Positions 38,071 through 48,142 of a stretch of 64,000 nt of DNA are shown here, one piece after another (position 1 is the stretch's first letter; each line of letters starts with the position of its first letter). The translations under genes were made by a program, and so were the position numbers. Location of the stretch: positions 6,779 to 70,778 of the forward strand of contig CAJXFK010000001.1 of assembly GCA_913052575.1 (NCBI GenBank), read 5' to 3'. Origin of the DNA: an uncultured Planctomycetaceae bacterium. Lineage in GTDB: Bacteria; Planctomycetota; Planctomycetia; Pirellulales; UBA1268. The notes beneath the pieces were generated by a model. That model ran no database searches. It was not told where the DNA came from and saw only the letters and a list, made by a program, of their open reading frames with translations.

Positions 38071-40368
38071 ATGCGATTGACCGTGAGAACTCTCTTGGCG
38101 TGGCGAGATCACATGCTTTCGGAGGCAGATCAGCGAGATCTTAATGAAAAAGTTTTGTCTCATGTAGCTGCCCAAGAAATTGAGCAACGAATTGAAAGAG
38201 TGCTTGGAAATCTTGATATGCCATCACCGCAAGTCGATGCAACTGGTTTGGCTGCAAGCGCAAACAGCATGGCAGAATTCCTAGACAATGCCTTGGCGGA
38301 GGACTGCCTTGGTCCCTTTGAGTCGAATTGTATCGAATCCGATGTGCAGTTGTGTGAGGCAGCCGAGTGCCACCATATTCTTTCAGAGATGCTCGGGCAG
38401 CAAGAGCTAATAGAGGTATTGCCTTTAAACGAGTGTCAGATGTTGGTGGGGTTAACAGAAGCAAAGGCTTCTCTGCTACTAAGCCAGGAAGGGCAGGTTA
38501 CTGACGTATACAATGCTCGTTCGATACGTGAAGAGCTCGACGCAATTGATGCAAAACCACATGCTGAAATATCACAATGTGTAATGGAATCACGGGAAAA
38601 AAAGCAACGCGTTGCACCATTCGCAATTATTGTAGCGGTCACCTTGCTCTTCCTGCTTGTGAGTGTCTTTGGTTTTCAGTTATTTAGCACTTTTGGGAAC
38701 AACGCCGTTCAGCAGCAGGCACTTCAACAGCCGCTGTCACCAGATCTATCAATGCAAGGAATTGATGAGGGCTCTCAAAATGTTGCAGAACCTAGACAGG
38801 CTATTGATGCGAACGAACGTTCTAAAGAATTGTCTGATGAAGTAGCTGTTCAGCCAGCCGTTGAACCGTTGGTCAGTAGTGACAACATGGTAAAGCCTCA
38901 GGCTCCGGAGAATGCAACAGCACAGGAATCAATTCAAGAAGTTCCGATTCAAAAAGAGTCAGCTTCCCCAGCAGTAGGAACGGTTGCGGCATCGAAGTCG
39001 TCAATGGTCACTGATGTCCAGGTGCCTCAGGGGACAGCCATGGCTATAGGAGTGCCTGCGGGTTCAGTACCCAATGTTCCATCCATCTCGGTGGATAAAG
39101 ATGCTGATATGGGTGGTATGAATAGTGATGCCCCCGCTTCAATTCTTGAACAGCCAATTTTAGGGTTTTTGGAGAGTGACGCGAATATTGGATGGGCTGC
39201 TGTTCTTCATCGCAATCGACTTACAAATCGAGATGAGTTGGATGGTTGGCTGGCGTTGCCGGCGGAATCAACGCTTGGGGTTTACGAAGAGATTCAAGTG
39301 CCTCCCGGCTTGAGCCCTGTGCTGGATGTAGGTGGTGTGACCGTTCGGATGAAACCTCGGACACATGCAATCTTTAAACTGGATAGTCTTCAGAAGCCAC
39401 GCATTGAATTGCTTTCCGGAAGTATCATAATCCGCTCGGGAAATGATACCGATCAAATTGGCATCGCTGCTGGTGGACTCAATGGAATCATTTTGTCTGG
39501 CCTATCAGGTAGTGTGGCGATCAATGTTGCTAGAGCCCCAGAAAACATGTTGGCAGCGAGGCAAACAAAGCAGATTCAAGTTGCGAGAGTCATCGCACAA
39601 GAGAGGCCAGTGCTGTGGAGGCAGACACAGCCGGGAGGACTTGCTGTGGCAAGGCCACTCCGGGGGCTCTCCGAGGAATTTCAATTGGCTCCCAAAGAAA
39701 TTCTTGAATGGTCAGAAACCAGTCCGTTAGAAGCAAGTCGTCGGATTGTAGACTCTCTTCCACCGTGGGCAGTATCAATGCGATCACTTACGAGACTTGA
39801 GAAGTCAGCAAGCGAGGCTCTTGCTGAAGCGATCACGCAACCCCAGCCACTTCTGAAGTCATTAATTGAATTGTCGGATAGTTCTCGAATTGAGAATCGC
39901 ATGATTGCTACCGAAACACTTGCTTTACTGGGTTGGTATGATCAAGTCGTAGAACTGTTAGCTGCTTCTCCACGACCAGGTCTTGGTCCATCTGCGGAAC
40001 TGTGGGTACAACTCGAAAGTCAATCCATTCCTGCTGCATTGGCCGACAAGACGTTGTCGCTGGCAGTAAAAAAATCATTGCGAGAGCATGTAAATCCAGA
40101 TCAGGGAGACGTTATCGTCGGCTTAGCGACACGTACACTCCACCTAGAGTCGTTCGATATCCAGACATTAAAGCTCATCGAGTTGCTTGAGGATGACAAT
40201 ATTATTTTTCGAAGATATGCGATCCAGTGGTTGCGTGAACTTTTTGTGGAAACGCCCTCGGATGTAGCAAAATATCGAGCGGACTGGAATGAAGAGCAAT
40301 TGGCTGAGGGTAGCGATTGGTGGCGGCAGAGATATGAGCAGGGACTTCTCGTGCGGCAATCCCTCTGA
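38071..40368 (+). CDS. Large single-pass membrane protein, function unknown (possible FecR-like sensor segment, HEAT-like C-terminus)
   Basis: ATG 38071 (MRLTVRTLLAWRDHML...). One TM segment (FAIIVAVTLLFLLVSVFGFQLF), a low-complexity linker, and a beta-rich segment that loosely resembles FecR domains. No sigma factor is adjacent. Confidence 0.45.
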   Translation: MRLTVRTLLAWRDHMLSEADQRDLNEKVLSHVAAQEIEQRIERVLGNLDMPSPQVDATGLAASANSMAEFLDNALAEDCLGPFESNCIESDVQLCEAAECHHILSEMLGQQELIEVLPLNECQMLVGLTEAKASLLLSQEGQVTDVYNARSIREELDAIDAKPHAEISQCVMESREKKQRVAPFAIIVAVTLLFLLVSVFGFQLFSTFGNNAVQQQALQQPLSPDLSMQGIDEGSQNVAEPRQAIDANERSKELSDEVAVQPAVEPLVSSDNMVKPQAPENATAQESIQEVPIQKESASPAVGTVAASKSSMVTDVQVPQGTAMAIGVPAGSVPNVPSISVDKDADMGGMNSDAPASILEQPILGFLESDANIGWAAVLHRNRLTNRDELDGWLALPAESTLGVYEEIQVPPGLSPVLDVGGVTVRMKPRTHAIFKLDSLQKPRIELLSGSIIIRSGNDTDQIGIAAGGLNGIILSGLSGSVAINVARAPENMLAARQTKQIQVARVIAQERPVLWRQTQPGGLAVARPLRGLSEEFQLAPKEILEWSETSPLEASRRIVDSLPPWAVSMRSLTRLEKSASEALAEAITQPQPLLKSLIELSDSSRIENRMIATETLALLGWYDQVVELLAASPRPGLGPSAELWVQLESQSIPAALADKTLSLAVKKSLREHVNPDQGDVIVGLATRTLHLESFDIQTLKLIELLEDDNIIFRRYAIQWLRELFVETPSDVAKYRADWNEEQLAEGSDWWRQRYEQGLLVRQSL

Positions 40369-40676
40369 TCGCACGGCGGCCCCTATTGATGCAAAATAGC
40401 TAGATTTCTCTTTTTGAACCGGTGAAACAGCAGGCGTTTGTCCCAGTACTCCGGCTGGTTTATGATTTATTGATTAGAAGGACATGGTTTGCGGACGCTT
40501 GGCAGACGCTAACCTCGTCACGACGTGGTTCATCAGATGCCCTGCAGCATATCCTGCAAGGAGAAGACGTCGCTCACGAATATTTGCCTTGGGTGACTTT
40601 AATAAACAAGTGCTATCAGTGATTGAGCAAAAGCATCGCACAATAGCATGGATACTGTTCAGAAGGGATTGATTTC

Positions 40677-40997
40677 GTGCAGATCAACGTTTCCGCTAGA
40701 CATGGCCATCTAAGCGCTGCTTCGCAGTCAAAAATTTCTGCAAAGGTTTCGCGATTGAAGAGGTATTTCGATCGAATTACCTCCTTGGGTGTCACAGTTG
40801 ATCTTGCTAATACATCTCTTCCGGCAGTTGAAATTATTGCATCAGCAGAGCATTTTCATGATCTTGTAAGTCATGAGATCTCACCGAACCTGTGGCGGAG
40901 CGTTGATGGTGCAGTACAGAAATTAGAGCAGCAATTGCGGAAGCATAAAGAAAAAGTGCGTGATCATAAGAACGTTCAAACAGTCCGAAGAAGTTGA
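40677..40997 (+). CDS. hpf: Ribosome hibernation promoting factor (HPF/RaiA family)
   Basis: 106-aa ORF (GTG start). MQINVSARHGHLSAASQSKISAKVSRLKRYFDRI is typical of the sigma-54 modulation/HPF family. Confidence 0.85.
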   Translation: MQINVSARHGHLSAASQSKISAKVSRLKRYFDRITSLGVTVDLANTSLPAVEIIASAEHFHDLVSHEISPNLWRSVDGAVQKLEQQLRKHKEKVRDHKNVQTVRRS

Positions 40998-41024
40998 TCT
41001 CATCGGAGTAGATACAAAACAGCT

Positions 41025-41501
41025 ATGAAATTTTCAGATTTTGTTTCGGTCGAAGCAATTCGCCCAAGTATTGTTGCGGACTCAAAAGAAGGCGTTATTC
41101 GCGAGATGACGCAGTCTTTAGTCGATGCCGAAAAAATTGCAACAAGTGAAATGGACAGTATTGTCAAGGCAATTATGAAACGTGAAGACCTTGGTAGTAC
41201 GGGCATTGGACGTGGAGTGGCAGTTCCCCATACAAAACATCCGAGCGTAAGCCGACTTGTTGGGACAGTTGCAATTAGTGAACGTGGCGTTGATTTTGAG
41301 AGTCTAGACGGAGAACCCGTTCAACTCTTTTTCCTTCTTGTTTCTCCTCCCGATCGACCCGGAGATCACTTAAGAGCTTTGGAAAATATATCTCGGCAAT
41401 TGCGAGATGATGCTTTCTGTAAGACGTTGAAAGAAGCAGGTGGGCCACAGGAGGTGTGGCGTCTCTTAGAAGATGCAGATGCTCAGAGCATAGCCTCGTA
41501 A
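41025..41501 (+). CDS. ptsN: PTS EIIA-Ntr type regulatory protein
   Basis: 158-aa ORF with a PTS_EIIA_2 fold. The phosphorylatable His lies in GIGRGVAVPHTK. Confidence 0.85.
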   Translation: MKFSDFVSVEAIRPSIVADSKEGVIREMTQSLVDAEKIATSEMDSIVKAIMKREDLGSTGIGRGVAVPHTKHPSVSRLVGTVAISERGVDFESLDGEPVQLFFLLVSPPDRPGDHLRALENISRQLRDDAFCKTLKEAGGPQEVWRLLEDADAQSIAS

Positions 41502-41547
41502 TATCGACCCAGAGCAAAGAATTCATTACCTCTGAAGTAGAAAACGG

Positions 41548-41967
41548 ATGACAACAGGACGCACAGAAAACCCGATTGATGAGACTCATTCATGTGAGGT
41601 TATTGTTACCAATGAGCAAGGTTTGCATGCCAGGCCAGCAGATTTGGTGGCAAGAGAAGCCCAGCGGTGGGAGTCACGCATTGAATTCATTGGAAAATCG
41701 CAGCGGGTTGATGGCAAAAGCATCCTGGATCTGCTGACCTTAGCTGCTGAAGAAGGCACGCACCTAGTGGTTGAAGCAACTGGTCCGGATGCTCGTGAGG
41801 CACTTGATGCGATCGGGAATCTTTTTAATAAAAAATTTGCTTCGAACGAATCAAGTACAATAACAAACACTGAAAAGACACAACAGGAAAGACATGTTTC
41901 TGGCAGTTCGGCCAGGATAAATACAGCAACCTGCGAAAGTGTTGCTGAGAGGAATACAAACAGTTGA
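41548..41967 (+). CDS. ptsH: HPr/NPr-family phosphocarrier protein with C-terminal extension
   Basis: Contains GLHARPA (His15 site) and GKSILDLLTL (Ser46 site). At 139 aa it is about 50 aa longer than classic HPr; the tail is Ser/Thr/Asn-rich. Confidence 0.85.
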   Translation: MTTGRTENPIDETHSCEVIVTNEQGLHARPADLVAREAQRWESRIEFIGKSQRVDGKSILDLLTLAAEEGTHLVVEATGPDAREALDAIGNLFNKKFASNESSTITNTEKTQQERHVSGSSARINTATCESVAERNTNS

Positions 41968-42167
41968 TAACGAGCCGGTTCCTACTGGTTTTTTATCTTA
42001 ATATGGTTGACGCCTTCTTGACGGTAGGCGTTGCTGACAAATAAATAACAAAAGGAGACGCGCGACACGAGGCGCCCGAAAAGTAGGATGTTGATCGTTG
42101 TTTGAGGCAATATTGTCGCTAACCGATCTCCCTACGAAAACGGATGTCGCCTTTGTCGCCGGCGCCC

Positions 42168-43907
42168 ATGCTAAAATTACAAGGTATTGCGGTCTCGTCG
42201 GGAGTAACAATCGGCGAGGCACTCGTTCTCGACAGTGAGGGATTTCGTATTCCAAGACGCTTCGTCGCCCGAAGTGCTGTTGATACTGAACTCCAGCGAT
42301 TGTCCAATGCGGTTGCTGAATCTACTGCCGAAATAAAAAAAAACCGTGATGCGGTTCGGGGTGAACTTGGTGAGCAGTATGCCGCTATTTTTGATGCTCA
42401 TCTGGCGATGCTTCATGATCAACGTCTGCAGGAGGAACTTACAAGCGCAGTTCGAGATCGTAATTGGTGGCCAGAATATGCAGTGAGCCGAACACTTCGA
42501 AGATATGCCAAGGTTTTTCAAAAACTTGATAACCATATCGCGCAGCGTGCACACGACATTTATGACATTGAAAAAAGTCTCCTACGAAATCTCTTAGGGC
42601 AGCGAAGAGAAACACTGGCTTCGATTTCTGAGCCAGTTGTAATTCTTGCTCATAATCTGACACCAAGTGAGACCGCAAATCTTGATAGACGATTCGTGAA
42701 AGGTTTTGCGACCGAACTTGGTGGTCCGGGTAGCCACACAGCGATTGTTGCCGAAGGGCTTGAGATACCTGCTGTTGTTGGTATTGGGCCATTCTTGGCA
42801 GATGTTTCTGGTGGTGAGCCTGTCATTCTGGATGGCAACCAAGGTGTTGTTATTCTTCAGCCTGATGAAGAAACCATTGCTCGCTACAGGCTTGAGGCTG
42901 AAGTAGCCGAGACCGTTGCAGCATCCCTCGGACAATTACGAGACTTGCCGGCAGAGACGACTGATGGCGTGAGAGTGCAGATCAGAGGGAATATTGAGTT
43001 TCCCGAAGAAGTAGAGCAGTGTATGCGACGAGGCAGTGACGGAATTGGCCTCTATAGAACAGAATTTCTCTACCTTACGAGCCAGCACGAGCCAAGCGAA
43101 GAAGATCATTATCATGCTTACAGAAAAGTCATAGACGCAATTGATGGTAAGCCGATGGTGGTACGAACGTTGGATCTGGGCTCGGATAAAATGCTCACTG
43201 AAAAAAGTCCCGAAGAGGAAAGAAACCCTTGTCTTGGGCTGCGGAGTATTCGCCTGTCACTACGGCAATTACCCATGTTTCGGACTCAGTTGCGAGCAAT
43301 TCTTAGAGCGAGCGCTCATGGCGACGTGCGAGTCATGTTTCCTTTGGTCTCAACAATTATTGAGTTGCGCCAAGCGAGATTGGTTTTGACAGATGTCATG
43401 GAAGATCTCGCTGAGCATGACATTGATTTTAATCCAAAACTCAAGATCGGAATGATGGTTGAGACGCCTGCTGCTGCAATGATGCTCGATGCGTTCATTC
43501 AGGAAGTTGATTTTGTCTCTGTTGGAACAAACGATCTTATTCAGTACACCTTGGCTGTTGATCGCGGGAATAAAGATGTCGCAGATCTTTACAGTGCGTG
43601 TGATCCAGCAGTGCTTAGGTTATTGAAGAGATCGCTGGATATTGCGGCTCAGGCCGGAGTATCTGCGAGTGTCTGCGGTCAGATGAGTGGAAGTGTTATG
43701 TACACTCAGTTGTTACTTGGTCTTGGGCTTCGTGAACTGAGTGTACCTGCTGCAGCAATACCAGAAATTAAACAGGCGGTTCGAAGCGTATCAATCGCCG
43801 ATTGTCAGGCTGTCGCAAAACGGGTGCTTGAAATGAATAGTGCCCGGGACGTGAAGGCCTTTTTACGTGATCAGAAACGACGTCTTCTTGCGGAGACTAT
43901 CGCATAA
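42168..43907 (+). CDS. ptsI: Phosphoenolpyruvate-protein phosphotransferase (Enzyme I)
   Basis: MLKLQGIAVSSGVTIGEAL from ATG 42168 (ATG 42144 is the alternative). Active-site region GGPGSHTAIVA and the PEP-utilising C-terminal domain (GLYRTEFLY, VGTNDLIQYTLA). Confidence 0.9.
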   Translation: MLKLQGIAVSSGVTIGEALVLDSEGFRIPRRFVARSAVDTELQRLSNAVAESTAEIKKNRDAVRGELGEQYAAIFDAHLAMLHDQRLQEELTSAVRDRNWWPEYAVSRTLRRYAKVFQKLDNHIAQRAHDIYDIEKSLLRNLLGQRRETLASISEPVVILAHNLTPSETANLDRRFVKGFATELGGPGSHTAIVAEGLEIPAVVGIGPFLADVSGGEPVILDGNQGVVILQPDEETIARYRLEAEVAETVAASLGQLRDLPAETTDGVRVQIRGNIEFPEEVEQCMRRGSDGIGLYRTEFLYLTSQHEPSEEDHYHAYRKVIDAIDGKPMVVRTLDLGSDKMLTEKSPEEERNPCLGLRSIRLSLRQLPMFRTQLRAILRASAHGDVRVMFPLVSTIIELRQARLVLTDVMEDLAEHDIDFNPKLKIGMMVETPAAAMMLDAFIQEVDFVSVGTNDLIQYTLAVDRGNKDVADLYSACDPAVLRLLKRSLDIAAQAGVSASVCGQMSGSVMYTQLLLGLGLRELSVPAAAIPEIKQAVRSVSIADCQAVAKRVLEMNSARDVKAFLRDQKRRLLAETIA

Positions 43908-43956
43908 AATTCGTGCCGCCCCTGAATTGGCGGATCAATAGAAGGAAAGAATAGTT

Positions 43957-45564
43957 ATGAAGCAGGAAATGCTTATTAATGTGACGCAGGCTGAAGAATG
44001 CCGCATCGCAATTATCGAGGAGGGTGTACTTGAAGAACTCTATGTTGAACGAACAAGCCAGGAAAACCTTGTTGGCAATATCTACAAAGGAAAGGTCGTA
44101 AATATAGAGCCTTCCATACAGGCTGCATTTGTTGACTTTGGTGTTGGGCGAAATGGATTTCTTCATATCAGTGATATAGAGCCGCAATACTATCGCCAGG
44201 GTGGCCTCGATCCGGATAAAGCTTTTGAATTAACTGATCCGGCCAGACCATCTTCTGAGGGAACGAATAATGGTGGAAGGCCTTCTGATCGACATCGGAA
44301 GCCAAGAATTGGTGACCGCCCACGGGTCAAGCCTCCGATTCAGGATATTCTGAAGCGTGGTGATGAGTTACTCGTTCAGGTGATTAAGGAAGGCTTTGGC
44401 ACAAAAGGCCCTACGCTCTCTACTTATATTTCCATCCCTGGTCGTTACCTAGTGCTCATGCCACCACTTGGCCGTGTTGGAGTATCAAAGAAAATTGATA
44501 ATGAGAAAGAAAGGCGAGTTCTTCGGGGGGTTATGAATGCACTTAAGCCACCTAAGGGAGTTGGATTCGTAGTTCGGACAGCAGGTACAGAACGCACAAA
44601 GTCAGAAATGGCTCGGGACATGGCGTACTTACTTCGGCTTTGGAAGAGCATAGTGAAACGGATGAGAAAGTACTCTGCTCCAATCGATATCTACCAAGAA
44701 AGTGACATGATTATTCGGACGATCCGAGATATGTTTACTGAAGATGTAGGAAGAATCCTTATTGATGATCGAGCTGCGTATGAGCGAGCCAGAGAGTTCC
44801 TTGAGTTAGTCATGCCGAAGTACGCGAGTCGACTGCAGTTTTACGATGGAAAAGAGCCATTATTTTATCGTTATCGATTGGAAGAAGAGATAAGCCGAAT
44901 TCATCAGCATAAAGTTCCTCTCAAAGGAGGGGGATCTATCGTTATAGATACGACCGAGGCGTTGGTTGCTATCGATGTTAATACAGGTAGTTTTCGAACT
45001 GAAAAATCAGCAGAAGAGAACGCTTATCAAATGAATCTGATTGCAGCGAAAGAAATCGCTCGGCAGTTACGCTTGAGAGATCTCGGTGGTGTTATCGTGA
45101 ATGATTTCATTGATATGCGGAGAGAAAAGTATCGGCGTGGAGTTGAAAGAGCTTTGCACGATGCAATGAAGCGAGATAGAGCTCGTACAAAGGTTCTGCG
45201 TACAAGCCCTTTTGGCCTCATTGAAATGACACGTCAACGTATCCGTCCCTCACTTCGAAAAAGTGTTTTCAGGGACTGCCCTACATGCTTAGGCACTGGA
45301 ATGGCTAAGACTGCTGAAAGTATGGCAATTGAGGTTATGCGAATGTTGCAATTGTCAGTAACACGTGACGATATTTCACGTCTGACGATTACGGTACATG
45401 ACGAAGTGGCAACGTGGATAAATAACAGGAAGCGACGAGAGATTGCTCAATTCGAAGACGTTTCTCAAGTCGAACTCCATATCATAGGTCAAGACGCTGC
45501 GTCACCAGAACACCTCGGAATTGAGGCATGGGAAGCCAGTGGGCGAACGGTGCGATTTCCATAA
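43957..45564 (+). CDS. rng: Ribonuclease E/G family protein
   Basis: 535-aa ORF. N-terminal S1 domain (GNIYKGKVVNIEPSIQAAFVDFG), then the catalytic core (ALVAIDVNTG, GGVIVNDFIDM) and a Zn-link-like CPTCLGTG. Confidence 0.9.
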   Translation: MKQEMLINVTQAEECRIAIIEEGVLEELYVERTSQENLVGNIYKGKVVNIEPSIQAAFVDFGVGRNGFLHISDIEPQYYRQGGLDPDKAFELTDPARPSSEGTNNGGRPSDRHRKPRIGDRPRVKPPIQDILKRGDELLVQVIKEGFGTKGPTLSTYISIPGRYLVLMPPLGRVGVSKKIDNEKERRVLRGVMNALKPPKGVGFVVRTAGTERTKSEMARDMAYLLRLWKSIVKRMRKYSAPIDIYQESDMIIRTIRDMFTEDVGRILIDDRAAYERAREFLELVMPKYASRLQFYDGKEPLFYRYRLEEEISRIHQHKVPLKGGGSIVIDTTEALVAIDVNTGSFRTEKSAEENAYQMNLIAAKEIARQLRLRDLGGVIVNDFIDMRREKYRRGVERALHDAMKRDRARTKVLRTSPFGLIEMTRQRIRPSLRKSVFRDCPTCLGTGMAKTAESMAIEVMRMLQLSVTRDDISRLTITVHDEVATWINNRKRREIAQFEDVSQVELHIIGQDAASPEHLGIEAWEASGRTVRFP

Positions 45565-45694
45565 ACACCGACCAAAAGAAGTGAAGAAAGTGTCAAACTC
45601 CCGTGCTCCATGCATGAGGCTGGATTTTTTCACAAACGGATTACACTTAAAAAGCCCGTTATGGGTATTAGACTATACGAATTGAGGTTTTTTG

Positions 45695-46075
45695 ATGGCT
45701 GCTGAATCGACATCCCCAGAGACTCCAACAACAGGCTCTGCTTCTGGTAGTGAACATCACTACTGCATTGTTTCGGATGGAGGACGGCAATACCGTGTTT
45801 CTGAAGGCCAAGAACTCGAAGTTGATTTCCGGCCAATTGATGCCGGTAGTGAACTTGTTTTTGACAAAGTGCTTGCAGTTAGTAAAGAAGGCAAACTGCA
45901 CTTAGGGGCCCCCATGATTGATGGTGCAGTTGTGAAAGCAGAGGTCATCGGTCTTTCTCAGGGTGAAAAAATCTATGTTCAAAAGTTTCGTCGCCGTAAA
46001 AACTATCGGCGAAAAACTGGTCATCGCTCAGTGTCGACACGAGTACGTATTAGCGAGATACCTTCAGGTACATAA
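45695..46075 (+). CDS. rplU: 50S ribosomal protein L21 (with roughly 22-aa N-terminal extension)
   Basis: YCIVSDGGRQYRVSEGQELEV... and ...KFRRRKNYRRKTGHR. ATG 45695 lies 7 nt after GAGG. Confidence 0.9.
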   Translation: MAAESTSPETPTTGSASGSEHHYCIVSDGGRQYRVSEGQELEVDFRPIDAGSELVFDKVLAVSKEGKLHLGAPMIDGAVVKAEVIGLSQGEKIYVQKFRRRKNYRRKTGHRSVSTRVRISEIPSGT

Positions 46076-46133
46076 CAAACAATTTTGAGTTTCTGAAGTA
46101 CATCGTAATCGGTTTAAAATAACTGAGATCCAG

Positions 46134-48029
46134 TCATTCAATAATGCCAGCAAGTGGCCCGTCCTTACTACAAAGGCTGTCAACTTTTGCTACGACAGTA
46201 GGGTCTTCCTCGACAGGTGGCGCGTGATGTGGCTTTAGTCGAGCGTCAATAACAAGTGGTCCGGTGCACCCCCAATGCTTTTGATGTGTTGTCTCTCCAA
46301 TACCGTGAACATCAGTTGCTGGGTTCGAACGGGTAAAAGTGACCCATAAAAAATTCTCTAGATTTGCTGCACTAAATGCACTGTCGTCTGTGACCACAAT
46401 GAGAGGCCACTTCATTATGTCATCAGTCTGGTGAATCAATCTCGTAAATCGTTCGATGTCCTTTGTCCACTGGGCGTGTTGCCCCATTGTGCCCCAAATC
46501 GCTTTCTCGTCAGGAGTTTCAAGCGACGGTCGTGGTTGAATGAGTGGCCCAGTTATGACAAGTACTCCAGGCATGCATACAGTGGGTTTTGAGAAACCAG
46601 AAGGGAGCCGGATGTCCTGAGGAATCTCAGTCGGCAGTTCTCTTACTGGTTGGCCACGAGCGGCCACGACGAGTTTCGATCCGTTATTAAATCCTTTTCC
46701 AGTGTAATCAAGGGTGTCGATTGTCGTTTCCGTGTGGAAATGGCAGTCCCGTCTCCAGTCTACCCGTCGCAGGACATGATTGAAGAAACTTTGGATATCA
46801 CTAGCTTTTATGTTGGGGTCGTCTGATTGATTTGCAATAAATAAATACTTGGCCAGTGAAAGTTGTCCTTGGCCAAGAATAGCTGAAGCTTGGGTGAGTA
46901 GCTCAGCTGGCCGAGAGGAATTTTTCCAAGGTAAATAACGTTCGCTTCCGACTGCAAGAAGAAGTGGATGAACACCTGCGGCGTCGACAGCATGAATGCT
47001 TGAAATTCCCGGTAATACGGTTGGAATGATCGGGCCAGTGATTTCATGTACAAGCCAACCAAACAAGGTGTCTTCTTGAGGCGGCCGGCCAACAACTGTA
47101 ACAGGCCAGATCGCATCTTCTCGTTGCCATACGTTATCGATTCGCATCACCGGAAAATCGTGCTGCCGAGCATAGTATCCAAGGTGATCTCCGAATGGGC
47201 CTTCAGGCTTTGTTAGATCAGGTGTGATTGTGCCTTCGATTACGAAATCAGCGTCAGCATAAATTGATGGACGTCCTTTCCTGTGTATCATCGGAATGCG
47301 ATGACCTGCTAAGGCGCCTGCAAATGCAAGTTCGGAAAGCCCTTCAGGTAATGGCATCATTGCTGAAACCGCCATGGAAGGAGTTCCACCGATAAAGATT
47401 GAGACTTTCAGCGGCTCCCCCTTGGCAATAGCTGCAGCATGGTGAACCCCAATCCCTCTGTGTATCTGGTAGTGCAGACCAACTTCGGTGTTCTCTTCGT
47501 AGCGGTTGCCTCGTAGTTGAACCCGATACATGCCAAGGTTTGAGTTTTTTAGGGAGGGGGCGTCAGGGTGCTCTGAATAAACAGCCGGTAGGGTGATGAA
47601 TGGCCCACCGTCGCCAGGCCAACCGGTGACCCCCGGAAGGCTTGCCAGAGGAATATTACGATTGAGAACCCTTCCTTTACGAACTTGTCGCGGGACCATG
47701 CTTATTGCGTCAAGTGGACTTCGCCAATATCGTAATGGCCTCTGGATAGCAGCTGCGGGATCTATCTTAAGTTCGACGAGTCGCCGAACTCTATCGAGAG
47801 TATCTGAAAATAATCGTTCGACTCGCTTTTGGGTGCCATAGAGATTGATAAGAACTGGATGTTGCGTGCCTAAAACAGATCGGAAGAGAAGTGCTGGGCC
47901 TCCAGACCGAAAGAGCCGCCGCTGAATCTCCGCTATTTCAAGGTGAGGGTTGATTGGGCAATCAATTTCAATGAGTTGCCCTTCCTCCCGAAGAGTTTCG
48001 ACGCATTGACGAAGTGTCCGAAATCCCAT
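46134..48029 (-). CDS. UbiD-family (prenylated-FMN dependent) decarboxylase
   Basis: 631-aa ORF with UbiD-type blocks (GPFITLP, NLGMYRVQL, HHAAAIAKGEPL, IFIGG, EGPFGDHLGYY). Confidence 0.85.
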   Translation of the reverse strand: MGFRTLRQCVETLREEGQLIEIDCPINPHLEIAEIQRRLFRSGGPALLFRSVLGTQHPVLINLYGTQKRVERLFSDTLDRVRRLVELKIDPAAAIQRPLRYWRSPLDAISMVPRQVRKGRVLNRNIPLASLPGVTGWPGDGGPFITLPAVYSEHPDAPSLKNSNLGMYRVQLRGNRYEENTEVGLHYQIHRGIGVHHAAAIAKGEPLKVSIFIGGTPSMAVSAMMPLPEGLSELAFAGALAGHRIPMIHRKGRPSIYADADFVIEGTITPDLTKPEGPFGDHLGYYARQHDFPVMRIDNVWQREDAIWPVTVVGRPPQEDTLFGWLVHEITGPIIPTVLPGISSIHAVDAAGVHPLLLAVGSERYLPWKNSSRPAELLTQASAILGQGQLSLAKYLFIANQSDDPNIKASDIQSFFNHVLRRVDWRRDCHFHTETTIDTLDYTGKGFNNGSKLVVAARGQPVRELPTEIPQDIRLPSGFSKPTVCMPGVLVITGPLIQPRPSLETPDEKAIWGTMGQHAQWTKDIERFTRLIHQTDDIMKWPLIVVTDDSAFSAANLENFLWVTFTRSNPATDVHGIGETTHQKHWGCTGPLVIDARLKPHHAPPVEEDPTVVAKVDSLCSKDGPLAGIIE

Positions 48030-48142
48030 GCAATCCTCCTTGTGTATGGTAGCGTCAAGTACGTTCTGTCGTATGCATAATCTGGTCGGATGAGGTTCTT
48101 ACCAGAATTGTCGTAATTTATGATAAGGATTAAGTGCTCAGT

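Noticed and set aside
45695-46133. rplU not followed by rpmA (L27), and L21 with an N-terminal extension.
   Set aside because: This is a gene-order difference only. L21 is intact and rpmA is presumably elsewhere, so it is not evidence of anything unusual by itself.
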